Numbered from the stretch's first letter, positions 36,363-49,254 are shown. The stretch is 64,000 bases of DNA from Pristiophorus japonicus (GCF_044704955.1 NC_091988.1:197904001-197968000); one strand, 5' to 3'. The notes: generated from the sequence alone by a model not told the origin. Translations and numbers: made by a program.

Positions 36363-37629
36363 GTAAGAGAATAATATGTATGTATATATAGAAATAGGCA
36401 GGGGTGCCTGCTTCAAGCCCTCTTCAATAAATATTAAAATAACACACACACACAAATGCTCAGAGATATCCTGGTGGTCTTTGGAAATGCAATGAATGAA
36501 TGGACAGGGAAGATAGCCACGAACGCAGCACTGTCAACCGGGGGGGGGGTTCTGTGAATGAACAGTCGGAGACAAAAACTCTCTCTCTCTCTCTCTCCTA
36601 TCTGAAGCACCCAAATAAATCTTCGGGATGTGTTCTTGTCTCGGAGTAAGCAGGGTAGGAATGTGGGGCAGGTTTTTAATACATTGCCTCGACCCGGGGT
36701 AAATAAACCACTCCCTCTGGAATGCTGCAAGGGTCAGGGATCAGAGGGAGTTGGGATGAATTGTACGATTGAAATCCCACTCGAAGAAAGTTAGACACCG
36801 TCTAGGATTTTTATTTTGCAGAGATTCAGCAACACAGAAATCTGGCCGCAGAAATGAAACTTGCACTGGGGGGCAACGGACTGCAAAGCAGATATTAAAA
36901 CCGAATATAGATATATTCTGTACTGAAATATTTCTCAAGGGAATTGCTTTGCGGGCGACAATGAATGGCATTCATTTATTGGCTATTTAAAAAAAAAACT
37001 AAAGTTTACACATGGGGAAAAGTACCAAACTTCTTTCTGTTGTTGGAGAATGTAATTTAATTATAGCTTGCAGTGCAGAATTAATCCTGCAGAATTTATA
37101 CATGTTGCAAATGCACTCCAATTGAGTTTAAGAAATGTTTGGAATATTATTTTCTGAATTTTGCATCAATGTTATTGTATCAAAACAGTTTTGGAAGATT
37201 TTTTTTTGTGCCCAATCTGGGTGTTGACAAATGAAAAGTTCTTTCGCGAGTTAAGTCGACGTGGTGGGAGGTAGAGTTAAAGGACTTTTTTTCTGCAAGA
37301 AGAACACATTAAAAGGAAATTAAAAGCTCGAAAATACACAATCTCCAATGTGTTAGCGACGCCGATTGTTTATCAGTTGGTTAGGGTGTCTCTCCGCCCG
37401 CTGTGTTCCCAGCAGACAGCTGATTCCTTGTTGCTGGGCTCCCGGGAGAGGTGGTCTCACTGGGAGCACTAGTTCAGAAATCGTAACCCTTCCACTCCCC
37501 CACCCCAGACTTTCAACTAGAGAGCCCCCCGCCACCCAATGAGGGAATCCTCCTTTAGATGAGATCTTTCTCCTAGGATGGTGAGTCTCTAGAATTTGAA
37601 AAAACAACACGAGGCAGGTTAGTCCTTAC

Positions 37630-38080
37630 TGTATCAGCCATGGCTCAGTGGGCAGCACCCTCGCCTCTGAGTCAGGAGGTTGTGGGTTCAAGTCCCACTT
37701 GAGCACAACAATCCAGGCTGACACTCCCAGTGCAGTGCTGAGGGAGTGCTGCACAGTCGGAGGTGTGTCGTCTTTCGGATGAGACGTTAAACCCCTCAGG
37801 TGGGCATAAAAGATCCCGTGGCACTATTTCGAAGAAGAGCAGGGGAGTTATCCCCAGTGTCCTGTGGCCAATATTTATCCCTCAAGCGACATCACTAAAA
37901 CAGATTACCTGGTCATTATCATGTTGTTGTTTGTGGGAGCTTGCTGTGCGCAAGTTGGCTGCCGCGTTTCCCACATTACAACAGTGACTACACTCCAAAA
38001 AGTACTTCATTGGCTGTAAAGCGCTTTGAATCGTCCGGTGGTCGTGAAAGGCGCTATATAAATGCAAGTCTTTCTTTCTC
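37630..38080 (+). mobile_element. SacSINE1-like DeuSINE
   Basis: Head, core and tail. Confidence 0.85.
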
Positions 38081-38217
38081 TTGCAAGGATCCTAACATGG
38101 CGATGGAATATTAACCTAGCTTTTGTCTTTCAGCTGCTGAAAGACCTGTTTTGCTTTTCTGTTTTTGACCTGTTTTTGTTTGAATAAGGCCCCCCCAGAA
38201 GTGACTGGCTAGGATCT

Positions 38218-38405
38218 AGAATGCACGGCCTGAGAGGGTGGTGGAGGCAGACTCAATCATGGCTTTCAAAAGGGAGTTGGATATGAACCTGAAGGAAATA
38301 AAATTGCAGGGCTGTGGGATTGGCTGAGGTGCTCGTGCAGAGAGCCAGCACAGGCTCGACAGGCCGAATGGCCTCCTTCCGTGCTGTAACCATTCTATGA
38401 TTCTA
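38218..38405 (+). mobile_element. CR1 3' tip
   Basis: cctgagagggtggtggaggcagactcaatcatggctttcaaaagggag...ttctatgattcta. Confidence 0.8.
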
Positions 38406-38409
38406 AGTG

Positions 38410-38665
38410 CCATCACTGTTGTAATGTAGGAAATGGGTAAGCCAATTCGTGCACAGCAAACAGCAATGAGATAAATGGCCAGATAATCTGAGAGGGCAGA
38501 CGCAGCTTTCGTTTAATGTCTCAGCACCTCTGACAGTGCAGTGCCCCCTCAGCACTGCACTGGGAGTATCGGCCTAGATTTTTGCGCTCAGGTTCCCAGA
38601 GTGGGATTTGAACCAATGACCTTCTGACTCAGAGTCGAGAGTGCTACTCACTGAGCCACAGCTGA
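38410..38665 (-). mobile_element. SacSINE1-like DeuSINE, deleted
   Basis: Head and partial core on the reverse strand. Confidence 0.75.
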
Positions 38666-38825
38666 TGCATGAAGTCATTAAAACTGGATATCGGGTGGCC
38701 AAGGCAATACCTCCCATTTTGCGCTCTCGCTCGAGACAGATTTCTGCCCCTTTGTACTCTATGGTTCCGAATCCCCGGCACCATCGCGGACCTCTGATCT
38801 TCGAGACAGATCTCCCCACTGGTAG

Positions 38826-39273
38826 TGTCACTGTGGCTCAGAGATTCACCTCTGAGTCAGAAGGTTGTGGGTTCAAGTCCCACTCCTGGGACCTGAGCAC
38901 CTAAATCTAGGCTGACACTCCAGTGCAGTGCTGAGGGAGTGCTGCACTGTCGGAGCTGCCATCTTTCAGATGAAATGTTAAACTGAGGCCCCATCTGCTC
39001 TCTCAGATCCCATAGCACTATTTCGAAGAACAGCAGGGGCGTTATCCCCGGTGTCCTGGCCAATATTTATCCCTCAATCAACATAACTAAAACAGATTAT
39101 CTGGTCATTATCACATTGCTGTTTGTGGGAGCTTGCTGTGTGCAAATTGGCTGCAGAATTTCCCACATTACAACAATGACTACACTTCAAAAGTATTTAA
39201 TTGGCTGTAAAGCTTTGGGATGTCTGGTGGTCGTGAAAGGCGCTATATAAATGCAAGTCTCTCTTTCTTTCTT
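38826..39273 (+). mobile_element. SacSINE1-like DeuSINE
   Basis: Head, core and tail. Confidence 0.85.
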
Positions 39274-39934
39274 TGCTGTGTTGCTCCAGATGGCTCACTG
39301 GAGATGTGTAGTTGAGAGGTTTGGCTGCAACACGGAGGAAGGCCAGGACCGTCACTTGGGATCTTCCTGTGCAGATCGGGAGACGTAAAGGCTGGGGTTT
39401 TCCACCTCTGCACTCGCCAGTCTGTGGCTTTCCACTTGCTGCCTTTAATGGCTGGCAAATTATGGGTTGGCAAGAGCAGAAGCAAAAATAAATCCTGGCC
39501 ATAAAGTATGAATTAATGGCTTGTAAACTGCCCGAAGGTATCCACCTTTCTCCATTTAAATTAGTTATTAAAGCAGCGCGGCAGATATATTCTGCATTAA
39601 TTCACTTGAGGTATTGAGCTGCCCCTGACATTTATTAAATAAACAAAGCACTTTGAAACAGCGTCGAATGTAAATCTAAGTCAGAATCTTTCAAATGAAG
39701 GCTTTTTACAGTCTCACATGTACCTTTATACCACCATGGTGCATTTGTGAGAAAATATATAGGTGATAAAAAATGCTTGACAGCGAAGTGTGAGACACTG
39801 ATAATATTAGGAGGTGCTGATATATGAAAAATCATTGAAAATAAATTGAATATTATTTTACTGATGTTACGATCTGTGAGAGAGATAGAGAGAGAGAGAG
39901 AGAATGCCAACAGAGGTTGGTCTGCATTAGGTAT

Positions 39935-40262
39935 CATAGAATGTTACAGCACGGAAGGAGGCCATTCGGCCCATCGTGCCTGTGCCGGCTCTTGAAAGAG
40001 CGATCCAATTAGTCCCACCCCTTGCTCTTTCCCCCATAGCCCTGCAATTTTCTCCCCTTCAACTATTTATCCAATTCCTCTTTGAAAGTTACTGTTGAAT
40101 CTGCTGCCACTAATTCTAACAACTTGCTGCGTGAAACATGTTCTCTTCATCTCCCCTCTGGCTCTTTTGCCAATTACCTTAAATCTGTGCCCTCTGGTCA
40201 CTGACCCTTCTGCCACTGGAAACGGTTACTCCTTATTTACTCTTATCAAAACCATTCACGAT
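39935..40262 (-). mobile_element. CR1 3' fragment
   Basis: CR1 3' UTR and the TRGHRFKVIGKR region. Confidence 0.8.
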
Positions 40263-40409
40263 GTTCACCATCACCTTCTCAGGGCAACTAGAGATAGCCA
40301 GCACCAAACTGGATTTATATAACGCCTTTAACGTAGAAAAATTATCCAAGGTGATTCGCAGAGGTGTGAGGGGAAAAAATGGAGGCCATACCAAGGAAAG
40401 AGGTATTGG

Positions 40410-41445
40410 GCAGGTAGAGAGCAAGGTCTCCTCTACACTGGGGTCACCAAACGCAGATTGGGTGACAGCTCTGTTCCGTCCGTAAGGGTGACCCTGTGCT
40501 TCCGGTCGCCTGTCACTTTAATTCTTTGCTCCACTTCCATTCTGATCTCTCCATCCTCGGCCTCCTACACTGTTCCAATGAAGCTCAACGTAAACTTGAG
40601 GAACAGACCTCATCTTTCGTTTAGGCACTTTACAGCCTTCTGGACTTGTTATGTCTTCAGATGCTCTGATAATGACTCCACGAGGCAATGTATTGTACTT
40701 GAACTGTAGTGACCTTAGTCCATTTAATGTAACTCCAGAGTGAGGATCACACCTGGTGGCCTGCCTTTTATACTAGGCCTGGCACACCTGTACAGGTAAC
40801 CTACAAGTCTCCTGCTGCAGTGCCCTCTGGTGGCACACCTTAGTGACCCATACAGCTGGTGTACAAGTTTCCCATAGTAGTGCCCTCTGGTGGCACATCA
40901 TATGTAATAGTACAAACAGTAAACATGTTTGGATACATGACAGGACTCAACATCGAGTTCAACAATTTCAGACCATAACCTTTGCCCCTATTTTTTATTC
41001 CCATGGCAGCTGTTAATTCTGCTATTCCCATAAACACCCTATCTAGACCCATCTTTTGTTTCTTAACTTGCCCCATTACCGTCTCCTTTTGCCTTGTAAC
41101 ATCATCCCTTTTTGACTCTTAATCCCTTCTGCCTTCCACCTTTTCACTGACCTTCCCTTTTGTTCTTTCCTCCCCTCCCTCCTTTCCCTGCTCCTATACT
41201 TGCTTAAGAATGTTACATCTCCAACTTTTTCCAGTTCTGACGAAGGGTCAGCGACCTGAAACGTTAACTCTGTTTCTCTCTCCACCGATGCTGCTATCAT
41301 TTTCAAGGACCTCAAAACTGTAAAGTTCCTTACTTGGAATCAGAGAATGATGCAGCCCGCCGTGCCTGTGCTGGCTCTTTGGTAGAGCTACACTTTTCAA
41401 CCTTGGTGATGCTGAGTGTTTGAAGCATTTTCTGTTTTTATTTTA
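40410..41445 (+). mobile_element. Penelope-like element 3' region (GIY-YIG C-terminus and tail), interrupted
   Basis: Removing the LTR joins a frameshifted EAQRKLEEQ-LIFRLGTLQPSG|LNIEFNNFR; tail tctgacgaagggtca...acctgaaacgttaactctgtttctctctcc. Confidence 0.8.
40647..40942 (-). mobile_element. Solo LTR related to the 23138 LTR
   Basis: Termini tgttatgt...acatgaca; 5-bp TSD ggact (40642-46 and 40943-47); shares tataaaaggcag and actctggagttacattaaa with the 23138 LTR. Confidence 0.9.
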
Positions 41446-41780
41446 GAGAGCATGGGGTTGGAAGCTCAGCTCAGAGTTGAGTAGGTCACCGGTGTTGTGA
41501 ATATGGCCGGGGTGGGGTCGGAGGCCAGGGTACAGAGTTTGTGCCAGGGGCCAAGACCATGATCGTCCCAGTGTTTATGTGGAGAAAATGTCATCTCTGA
41601 CAACACAGGAATAAATGCAGCCCTGCCAGTGTCACCCGCATCTAGAGACTAAATAAAAGAATAGACAGGAGACCTGAAGGTAAAGAGCTGGTTTCTGGGT
41701 GTAGAAGGAGCCAAGCATCAGAACCTAGAAAAATCTAGTATGCATCAGATGTTTTTATTAATAGGAAACTTAGATAAAAG

Positions 41781-42039
41781 TGTAATGTATTTGCTTCATG
41801 GGTTCATAGCAACACATTGCTATCACGAACTAGTTGGTTTATTAGCGATGGTTTAACAATCACACTACACATTACCAGTTCATCCACCAGGCTCACAACC
41901 ACCTGCCTCATCGTGGATGATCAAGACTCAACTGGCTGGAGTTTTATTGAGTCTTGTGAACACCACATGACTGGCTAAACCACTCACAGCTCGACAGCTC
42001 AATCAGCCTGTGAGCATGCTCACTGGGGCATACATTACA
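41781..42039. mobile_element. Solo LTR of another family
   Basis: Perfect 9-bp terminal inverted repeats tgtaatgta...tacattaca; 4-bp TSD aaag. Confidence 0.8.
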
Positions 42040-42302
42040 AAAGATACAGGCCATCACCAAGGTTGAAAAGTGTAGCTCTACAAAAGAGCCGGCACGGGCA
42101 CGATGGGCTGCATCATTCTCTGATTCCAAGTAAGGAACTTTGCAGTTCTGAGGTCCTTGAAAGTGATAGCAGCATTAGGAGACAGTGTGACAGGAGACAT
42201 TAGGCAACATTGTGAGATCTTAATTTCAACATAGTGAGAATGTAAGGAGAAGGATGAGTTTCCACAATGGTGATAAGAAGGAGCCAGAGAGGAAAGTCCA
42301 GA

Positions 42303-42985
42303 AAACAACAATAACAATGCATTTATATAGCGCCTTTTAATGTAGGAAAATGTCCCAGGGTGCTTCACTGGAGCGTTATCAGACAAACAATGACACCGAC
42401 TCAAAGAAGGAGATATTAGGAATGGTGACAAAAAGCTTGGTGAAAGTGGCAGGTTTTAATGAGGATGTTCAAGGATGAGAGGTTTAAGGAGGGAATACCA
42501 GAGCTTAGGCGGCTGAAGGCACGGCCACCAATGGCGGGGGGGGCGAATGAAGCGGGGAGGCGTGAGAGGCCAGAGCAGGATGAACACAGTGTTGTCGGAG
42601 AGTTGTATCGTCATCATAGTATCAATAAAATAGAGACAAGAAAGATTGGGAGTAGGATATTCCCACATATATTATTCAGCTGCCAAGGCCCTAAGCTCTG
42701 GAATTCCTTCCACGAACCTCTCTACCCTTCTCTTCTCCTTTAAGGTGCTCCCTAAACCTACCTCTTTGACCAAGCTTTTGGTCACCAGCCTTAATATCTC
42801 CTGACCTGGCTCGGTGTCAAATGTTGATAACGCTCCTGTGAAGCGCCTTGGGATGTATTAATTCGTGAAATGAAGGAAGAAAGACTTGCATTTATATAGC
42901 GCCTTTTATGACCACCAGACGTCCCAAAGCGCTTTACAGCCAATAAAGTACTTTTGAAGTGTAGTCACTGCTGTAATGTGGGGAA
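42303..42985. mobile_element. Cluster of L2 3' ends (- then +) and a SacSINE tail (-)
   Basis: L2 tail motifs at 42303-42600 (-) and 42672-42870 (+); SINE tail at 42872-42985 (-). Confidence 0.75.
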
Positions 42986-43949
42986 AAGGTGATAGATAAA
43001 TAAAAGTTGTTGCTGTTATATACTGTCAGCATCCAGCCACGGTGCGTGCGAGGGATTAGTTTTTTCGTGCCCACAACTGAAGTCTGGACTCACCTCCTTT
43101 GATTCAGGATCGTATAACAGACCAAGTCAGCTCAAGCCCCAAATTACAGTTTATTTCGGGAGTGACTCACGGCGATAACACTGCTGCAGTTTTGAAGTTT
43201 AAGACTCAAAATAAATAATTCTTAAAAAGTTTCAAATAAACTGGTGCCCACTGCACAGACATAAAACCCACACACACTGGGCTTCTGCACGCTGGTATTG
43301 AGGTAGTCAACATCAGCCTTGTTCAAGTTGTTAATTTCAAGTTATTTATAAGGAGCCTAAGTATTCATATTAATTTAGTGACTCACTGCTGCATGTCTCC
43401 CCCCTCCCCCAGTGTTGGATGCCTTACAGATGAAGAAGTTTCAAGGTTCAGTTGCTAGTCCGGGACGAGTTTGCTAATCTCGGGCAGCAGGGAAGGCCAG
43501 TGAGGTTGCTGTGTATTGCCTCGGCTCCACTCGGTTAGGATGATCATCCAGTGCCGATTGCTATTTCTTCCCAAAATCTTCCATTCCCATTCCTGACCTC
43601 TGTCCCTTCCCAATCGCTATTTGTTGCCACTCCTCACCTCAATCGTCAAGGGTTACGGGGAGCGGGCAGGAAAGTGTTGAGGCCAGGATCAGATCAGCCA
43701 TGGCCTTATTGAATGGCGGAACAGGCTCGAGGGGCCGTACGGTCTACTCCTGCTCCTATTTCTTATGTTCATTCTCAATCCTGATCCCAATGGTTATTGC
43801 CTTTGATGTTCACAGTGATTATGTGGAGTAAATTACATCCCTGCCAACACAGAGATAAATCAAACCTCACCAGTGTCCACACCCAGCGAATAAATAAAAG
43901 AATACAAGTCATTATCCATTTCCACTCCTGATCTCTGTCCCTTCCCAAT

Positions 43950-45632
43950 TGGGTCTAGTGAGAAGAAGGAACTGAAGGATATCCTTATTAGGTGGGAAAT
44001 TGTGTTAGGGAAATTGATGGGATTGAAGGCTGTTAAATCCACGGTGGGCCTGATAGTCTGTATCCCAGAGTACTTAAGGAAGTGGCCCTAGAAATAGTGG
44101 ATGCATTGATGATCATTTTCCAACAGTCTATCGATTCTGGATCAGTTCCTATGGACTGGAGGGTAGCTAATGTAACACCACTTTTTAAAAAAGGAGGGAG
44201 AGAGAAAACGGGTAATTATAGACCGGGTTAGCCTGCCATCAGTAGTGGGGAAAATGTTGGAATCAATCATTAAGGATGAAATAGCAGCGCATTTGGAAAG
44301 CAGTGACAGGATCGGTCCAAGTCAGCATGGATTTAATGAAAGGGAAATCATGCTTGACGAACCTTCTGGAATTTTTTGAGGATGTAACTAGCAGAGTGGA
44401 CAAGGGAGAACCAGTGGATGTGGTGTATTTGGACTTTCGAAAGGCTTTTGACAAGGTCCCGCACAAGAGATTGTGTGCAAAATCAAAGCGCATGGTATTG
44501 GGGGTAATGTACTGACATGGATAGAGAACTGGTTGGCAGACAGGAAGCAGAGAGTCGGGATAAACGGGTCCTTTTCAGAATGGCAGGCAGTGACTAGTGG
44601 AGTGCCGCAGGGCTCAGTGCTGGGACCCCAGCTCTTTACAATATACATTAACGATTTAGATGAAGGAATTGAGTGTAATATCTCTAAGTTTGCAGATAAC
44701 ACTAAACTGGGTGGCAGTGTATGCTGTGAGGAGGACGCTAAGAGGTTGCAGGGTGACTTGGACCGGTTAGGTGATTGGGCAAATGCATGACAGATGCAGT
44801 ATAATGTGGATAAATGTGAGGTTATCCATTTTGGGGGCAAAAACACGAAGGCAGAATATTATCTGAATGGCGGCAGATTAGCAAAAGGGGAGGTACAACG
44901 AGACCTGGGTATCATGGTTCATCAGTCATTGAAAGTTGGCATGCAGGTACAGCAGGTGGTGAAGAAGGCAAATGGTATGTTGGCCTTCATAGCTAGGGGA
45001 TTTGAGTATAGGAGCAGGGAGGTCTTACTGCAGTTGTACAGAGCCTTGGTGAGGCCTCACCTGGAATATTGTGTTCAGTTTTGGTCTCCTAATCTGAGGA
45101 AAGACGTTCTTGCTATTGAGGGAGTGCAGCGAAGGTTCACCAGACTGATTCCCAGGATGGCAGGACTGACATATGAGGAGAGACTGGATCAACTGGGCCT
45201 TTATTCACTGAAGTTTCGAAGGATGAGAGGGGATCTCATATAAACATATAAGATTCTGATGGGACTGGACAGGTTAGATGCGGGAAGAATGTTCTCGATG
45301 TTGGGGAAGTCCAGATCCAGGAGACACAGTCTTAGGATAAGGGGTTGGCCATTTAGGACTGAGATGAGGAGAAACTTCTTCACTCAGAGAGTTGTTAACC
45401 TGTGGAATTCCCTGCTGCAGAGAGTTGTTAATGCCAGTCCATTGGATATATTCAAGAGGGAGTTAGATATGGCCCTTATGGCTAAAGAGATCAAGGGGTA
45501 TGGCGAGAAAGCAGGAAAAGGGTACTGAGGGAATGATCAGCCATGATCTTATTGAATGGTGGTGCAGGCTCGAAGGGCCGAATGGCCTACTCCTGCACCT
45601 ATTTTCTGTTTCTATGTTTCTATGTTTCTATG
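43950..45632 (+). mobile_element. 5'-truncated CR1 (RT region), frameshifted
   Basis: [38 protein letters not shown]; (ttctatgt)n tail; same subfamily as 7483-10385. Confidence 0.95.
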
Positions 45633-46069
45633 TTATCCATTCCTGCTCCCGATCGTTATCCCTTCCCGATCGCTTTCCATTCCCAATCACCATCAGATCT
45701 CACCCCCGATCTCTAGCCAGCGATCTCCTGCAGGAAAGTGCTGTATGTGAGTCAGGACCAAGATTTGGCTGTGAAGCTGATCTTCTCCCCCTCCCCCACG
45801 GTTGAAGAATCCATTCCACTCACTGTCAAGGCTCAAACATGAAGATTGGCTTCTTGGACTACTTACAAATGTTGAGTCACAAATGACCTTGGAGCCACAG
45901 AGCGTGATTTAAACAAGCTCTGGTAAATTTAGTAAATCTCAATGAATGTAAAACAAACGAGCTAGGCTCCCAATTCCAACGTTATCCACGGATGTCTTAA
46001 TTGCATGTTTAAAAAGCAATCATTCCAGTTCAGCAGTTGGAAGTGGGCAGTCCTCACAAACACAGTTGT

Positions 46070-46295
46070 TACCGAGCAAGTTATGATCTGGAACACGCTG
46101 CCTGAAAGGAAGCAAATTCAATGGTAACTTTCAAAAGTGAATTGGATAAATGCTTGAAGGGGAAAACATTTGAAGGGCTATGGGGAAAGAGCAGGGAGGA
46201 GTGGGACTAATTGGATCACTCTTTCACAGAGCCGGCACAGACACGATGGGCGGAATGGCCTCCTTCTGTGCTGCATCATTCTATGATGCTATGAT
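46070..46295 (+). mobile_element. CR1 3' tip
   Basis: tggaacacgctgcctgaaagg...ttctatgatgctatgatt. Confidence 0.75.
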
Positions 46296-46589
46296 TTTAT
46301 TTCAACACAGTGGTCAGTTGGGAGCAGGTAAAGTTCAAACCCAGGAGGAGTTGATGATGTATCCCTGCCCATTATATCGCAGACTCCCTGGATTAGTGTC
46401 AAGAATGCAGAACCATGTTTAGGATATCTGATGGGTCGCTGTAATGGAACGTGATATTTCTTTCATCAAACTGACAGCCAGTGGCACCTAACCAACCAGG
46501 AGCTGACGGATGGAGCGAGGCTCTCGATACCGGAATACATTCTTGTTTGGAAAGATTTTCTGTACAAGAGTTCCAATGCATTGCATACC

Positions 46590-47185
46590 TTTCATTGAAA
46601 CCCTCATCCATGCCTTTGTTATCTCTAGACTTGATTACTCCAACTCACTCCTGGCTGGCCTCCCACATTCTACCCTACGTAAACTTGAGGTGATTCAAAA
46701 CTCGGCAACCCGTGTCCTAAGTCACAAACACCCATCACCACTGTGCTTTCTGACCTGCATTGGCTCCCGGTTAAACAGGGCCTTGATTTCAAAATTCTCA
46801 TCCTTGTTTATAAATCACTCCATGGCCTCGCCCCCTCCCTATCTCTGTAATCTTTTTCAGCCTCACAACCCCACAAGATGTCTGCGTTCCGCAAATTCTG
46901 CCCTCTTGAACATCCCTCATGACAACTGTTCAACATTGGTGGCCATGCCTTCAGTTGCCTGGGCCCAAACTCTGGTACTCCTTCCCTAGACCTCTCTACC
47001 TATCTTTCCTCCTTTAAGATACTCCTTAAAACCTACCTCTTCAACCAAGCTTTTGGTCATCTGCCTTAATTTCTTCTTTTGTGGCTCGGTGTCAAATGTA
47101 TCTGTTTTGTCTTATAACACTGCTGTGAAGTGCCTTGGGGCATTTTACTATGTTAAAGGCGCTATATGAATAAAATTTATTATTA
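46590..47185 (+). mobile_element. L2 3' fragment
   Basis: ETLIHAFVISRLDYSNSLLAGLP...IQNSATRVL. Confidence 0.9.
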
Positions 47186-47261
47186 TTATTATTTCAGTAC
47201 AGAGAATATGGCCCAGTAAGCAGTGAGATACGCTATCTCATGGGTAACTAGGAACACTACA

Positions 47262-47750
47262 TCATAAGAACATAAGAAATAGGAGCTGGAGTAGACCATT
47301 TGACCCCTTGAGCCTGCTCCGCTATTTAATACAATCATGGCTGATCTGATCTTGGGCTCAGCTCCACTTCCCTGCCCGCTCCCCATAGCCCTTTATTCCC
47401 TTATCGCTCAAAAATCTGCCTATCTCCACCTTAAATATATTCAATGACCCAGCCTCCAGAGCTCTCTGGGGCAGCGAATTCCACAGATTTACGACCCTCT
47501 GAGAGAAGAAATTTCTTCTCATCTCAGTTCTAAATATTCTGAAACTATGCCCCCTAGTTCTAGATTTCCCCCACGAGGGGAAACATCCTCGCTGCATTCA
47601 CCCTGTCGAGCCCCCTCAGTATCTTATATGTTTCAATAAGATCACCTCTCATTCTTCTAAACTCCAATGAGTATAGGCCCAACCTGCTCAACCTTTCTTC
47701 ATAAGTCAACCCCATCATTTCAGGAATCAACTGAGTGAACCTTCTCTGAA
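47262..47750 (-). mobile_element. CR1 3' fragment
   Basis: RRNFFSQRVVNLWNSLPQRALEAGSLNIFK; (ttcttatg)n tail. Confidence 0.88.
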
Positions 47751-47834
47751 CACCCTAATCTCTGGGTGATTTCTGAATGAACTGTGCACAGCAGACTGCT
47801 TAAAACTGTCTCCACAAAGACAAGCTCTCTCATG

Positions 47835-48152
47835 TATCATCATAGGCAGTCCCTCAGAATCGAGGAAAGTCTTGCTTCCACTCCTGAAGAGAGTTCTTTG
47901 GTGGCTGAACAGTGAAATACGAGAGCCACAGACTCTGTCATAGGTGGGACAGATAGTTGTTGAGGGGAGGGGTGGGTGGGGAGTCTGGTTTGCCGCAAGC
48001 TCTTTCCGCAGCCTGCACTTGATTTCTGCATGCTCTCGGTGTTGAGACTCGAGGTGCTCAGCGCCCTCTCGGATGCACTTTCTCCACTTAGGGCGGTCTT
48101 GGGCCAGGGACTCCCAGGTGTCAGTGGGGATGTCGCACTTTATCAGGGAGGC
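47835..48152 (-). mobile_element. RTE-clade LINE 3' fragment
   Basis: Homologous to 2136-2611 and 21168-21550; (atg)n tail. Confidence 0.85.
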
Positions 48153-48469
48153 TTATAATTAATGTACGTTCAAGAAAAAAATATCGGGGCTGATTTCCCT
48201 GACCTCTGCCGCCAAGGAATGCCTATTTCCTAGGTGCACAGGCCAGGAAAAATGGGACACGGAGCAATTACACCGAGACTCTGTTCCTTTTATGTTGCCG
48301 TGGGATTTACAGGGTTTCCCTGGTGACATCTGCCTCTAAATTAAGCGCTAAAGATGACTACATTAGGCCTGGTGCTGAGGACTCCCTCCTGGCTCATCCT
48401 GCTGTGTGGCTGGGCTGGGATTCCACCCGCTGTGTGGCTGCACAGTTCCTCCTCTCTCCTACTGGTATT

Positions 48470-48880
48470 TCCAGCCCCATTCCAGGGACGTGAACATACA
48501 ATCTAGGCTGACGCTCCAGTGCAGTGCTGAGGGGGTGCTGCACTGTTGGAGGTGCCGTCTTTCAGACGAGATGCTAAACCGAGGCCCCGTCTGCTCTCTC
48601 AGGTGGAAATAAAATATCCCATGGCACTATTTCGAAGAAGAGCAGGGGAGTTATCCCTGGTGTCCTGGGGCCAATATTTATCCCTCAATCAACATAACAA
48701 AAACAGATTATCTGGTCATTATCACGTTGCTGTTTGTGGGAACTTGCTGTGTACAAATTGGCTGCCGCACTTCCTACATTACAACAGTGACTACACTTCA
48801 AATAATACTTCATTGGCTGTAAAGTGCTTTGAGATGTCCAGTGGTCGCGATAGGCGCTATATAAATGCAAGTCTTTCTTT
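48470..48880 (+). mobile_element. SacSINE1-like DeuSINE (5' truncated)
   Basis: Deu core and tail. Confidence 0.85.
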
Positions 48881-49002
48881 ATGTGGAAGCAAGATCTCAG
48901 CAGGTCGGGGAGTTGTGTCCTGCACAGCGTGTTGGAGCATTTCTCCAACTGGGGCTCCAGTAAGATATATGATTTGGCATTACTGTCATTGGCAAATAGT
49001 GA

Positions 49003-49191
<189 letters not shown>

Positions 49192-49254
49192 TAAGAGGGC
49201 ACAACCTTAGATCTCAGACCTAAGATATATATATAGATAACCTTTGAAAGTATT

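Noticed and set aside
35600-37420. PTF1 composite site (E-box + TC-box) expected near RBPJL
   Set aside because: Isolated tttccca (~35780) and E-boxes exist, but I found none in the correct order and spacing.
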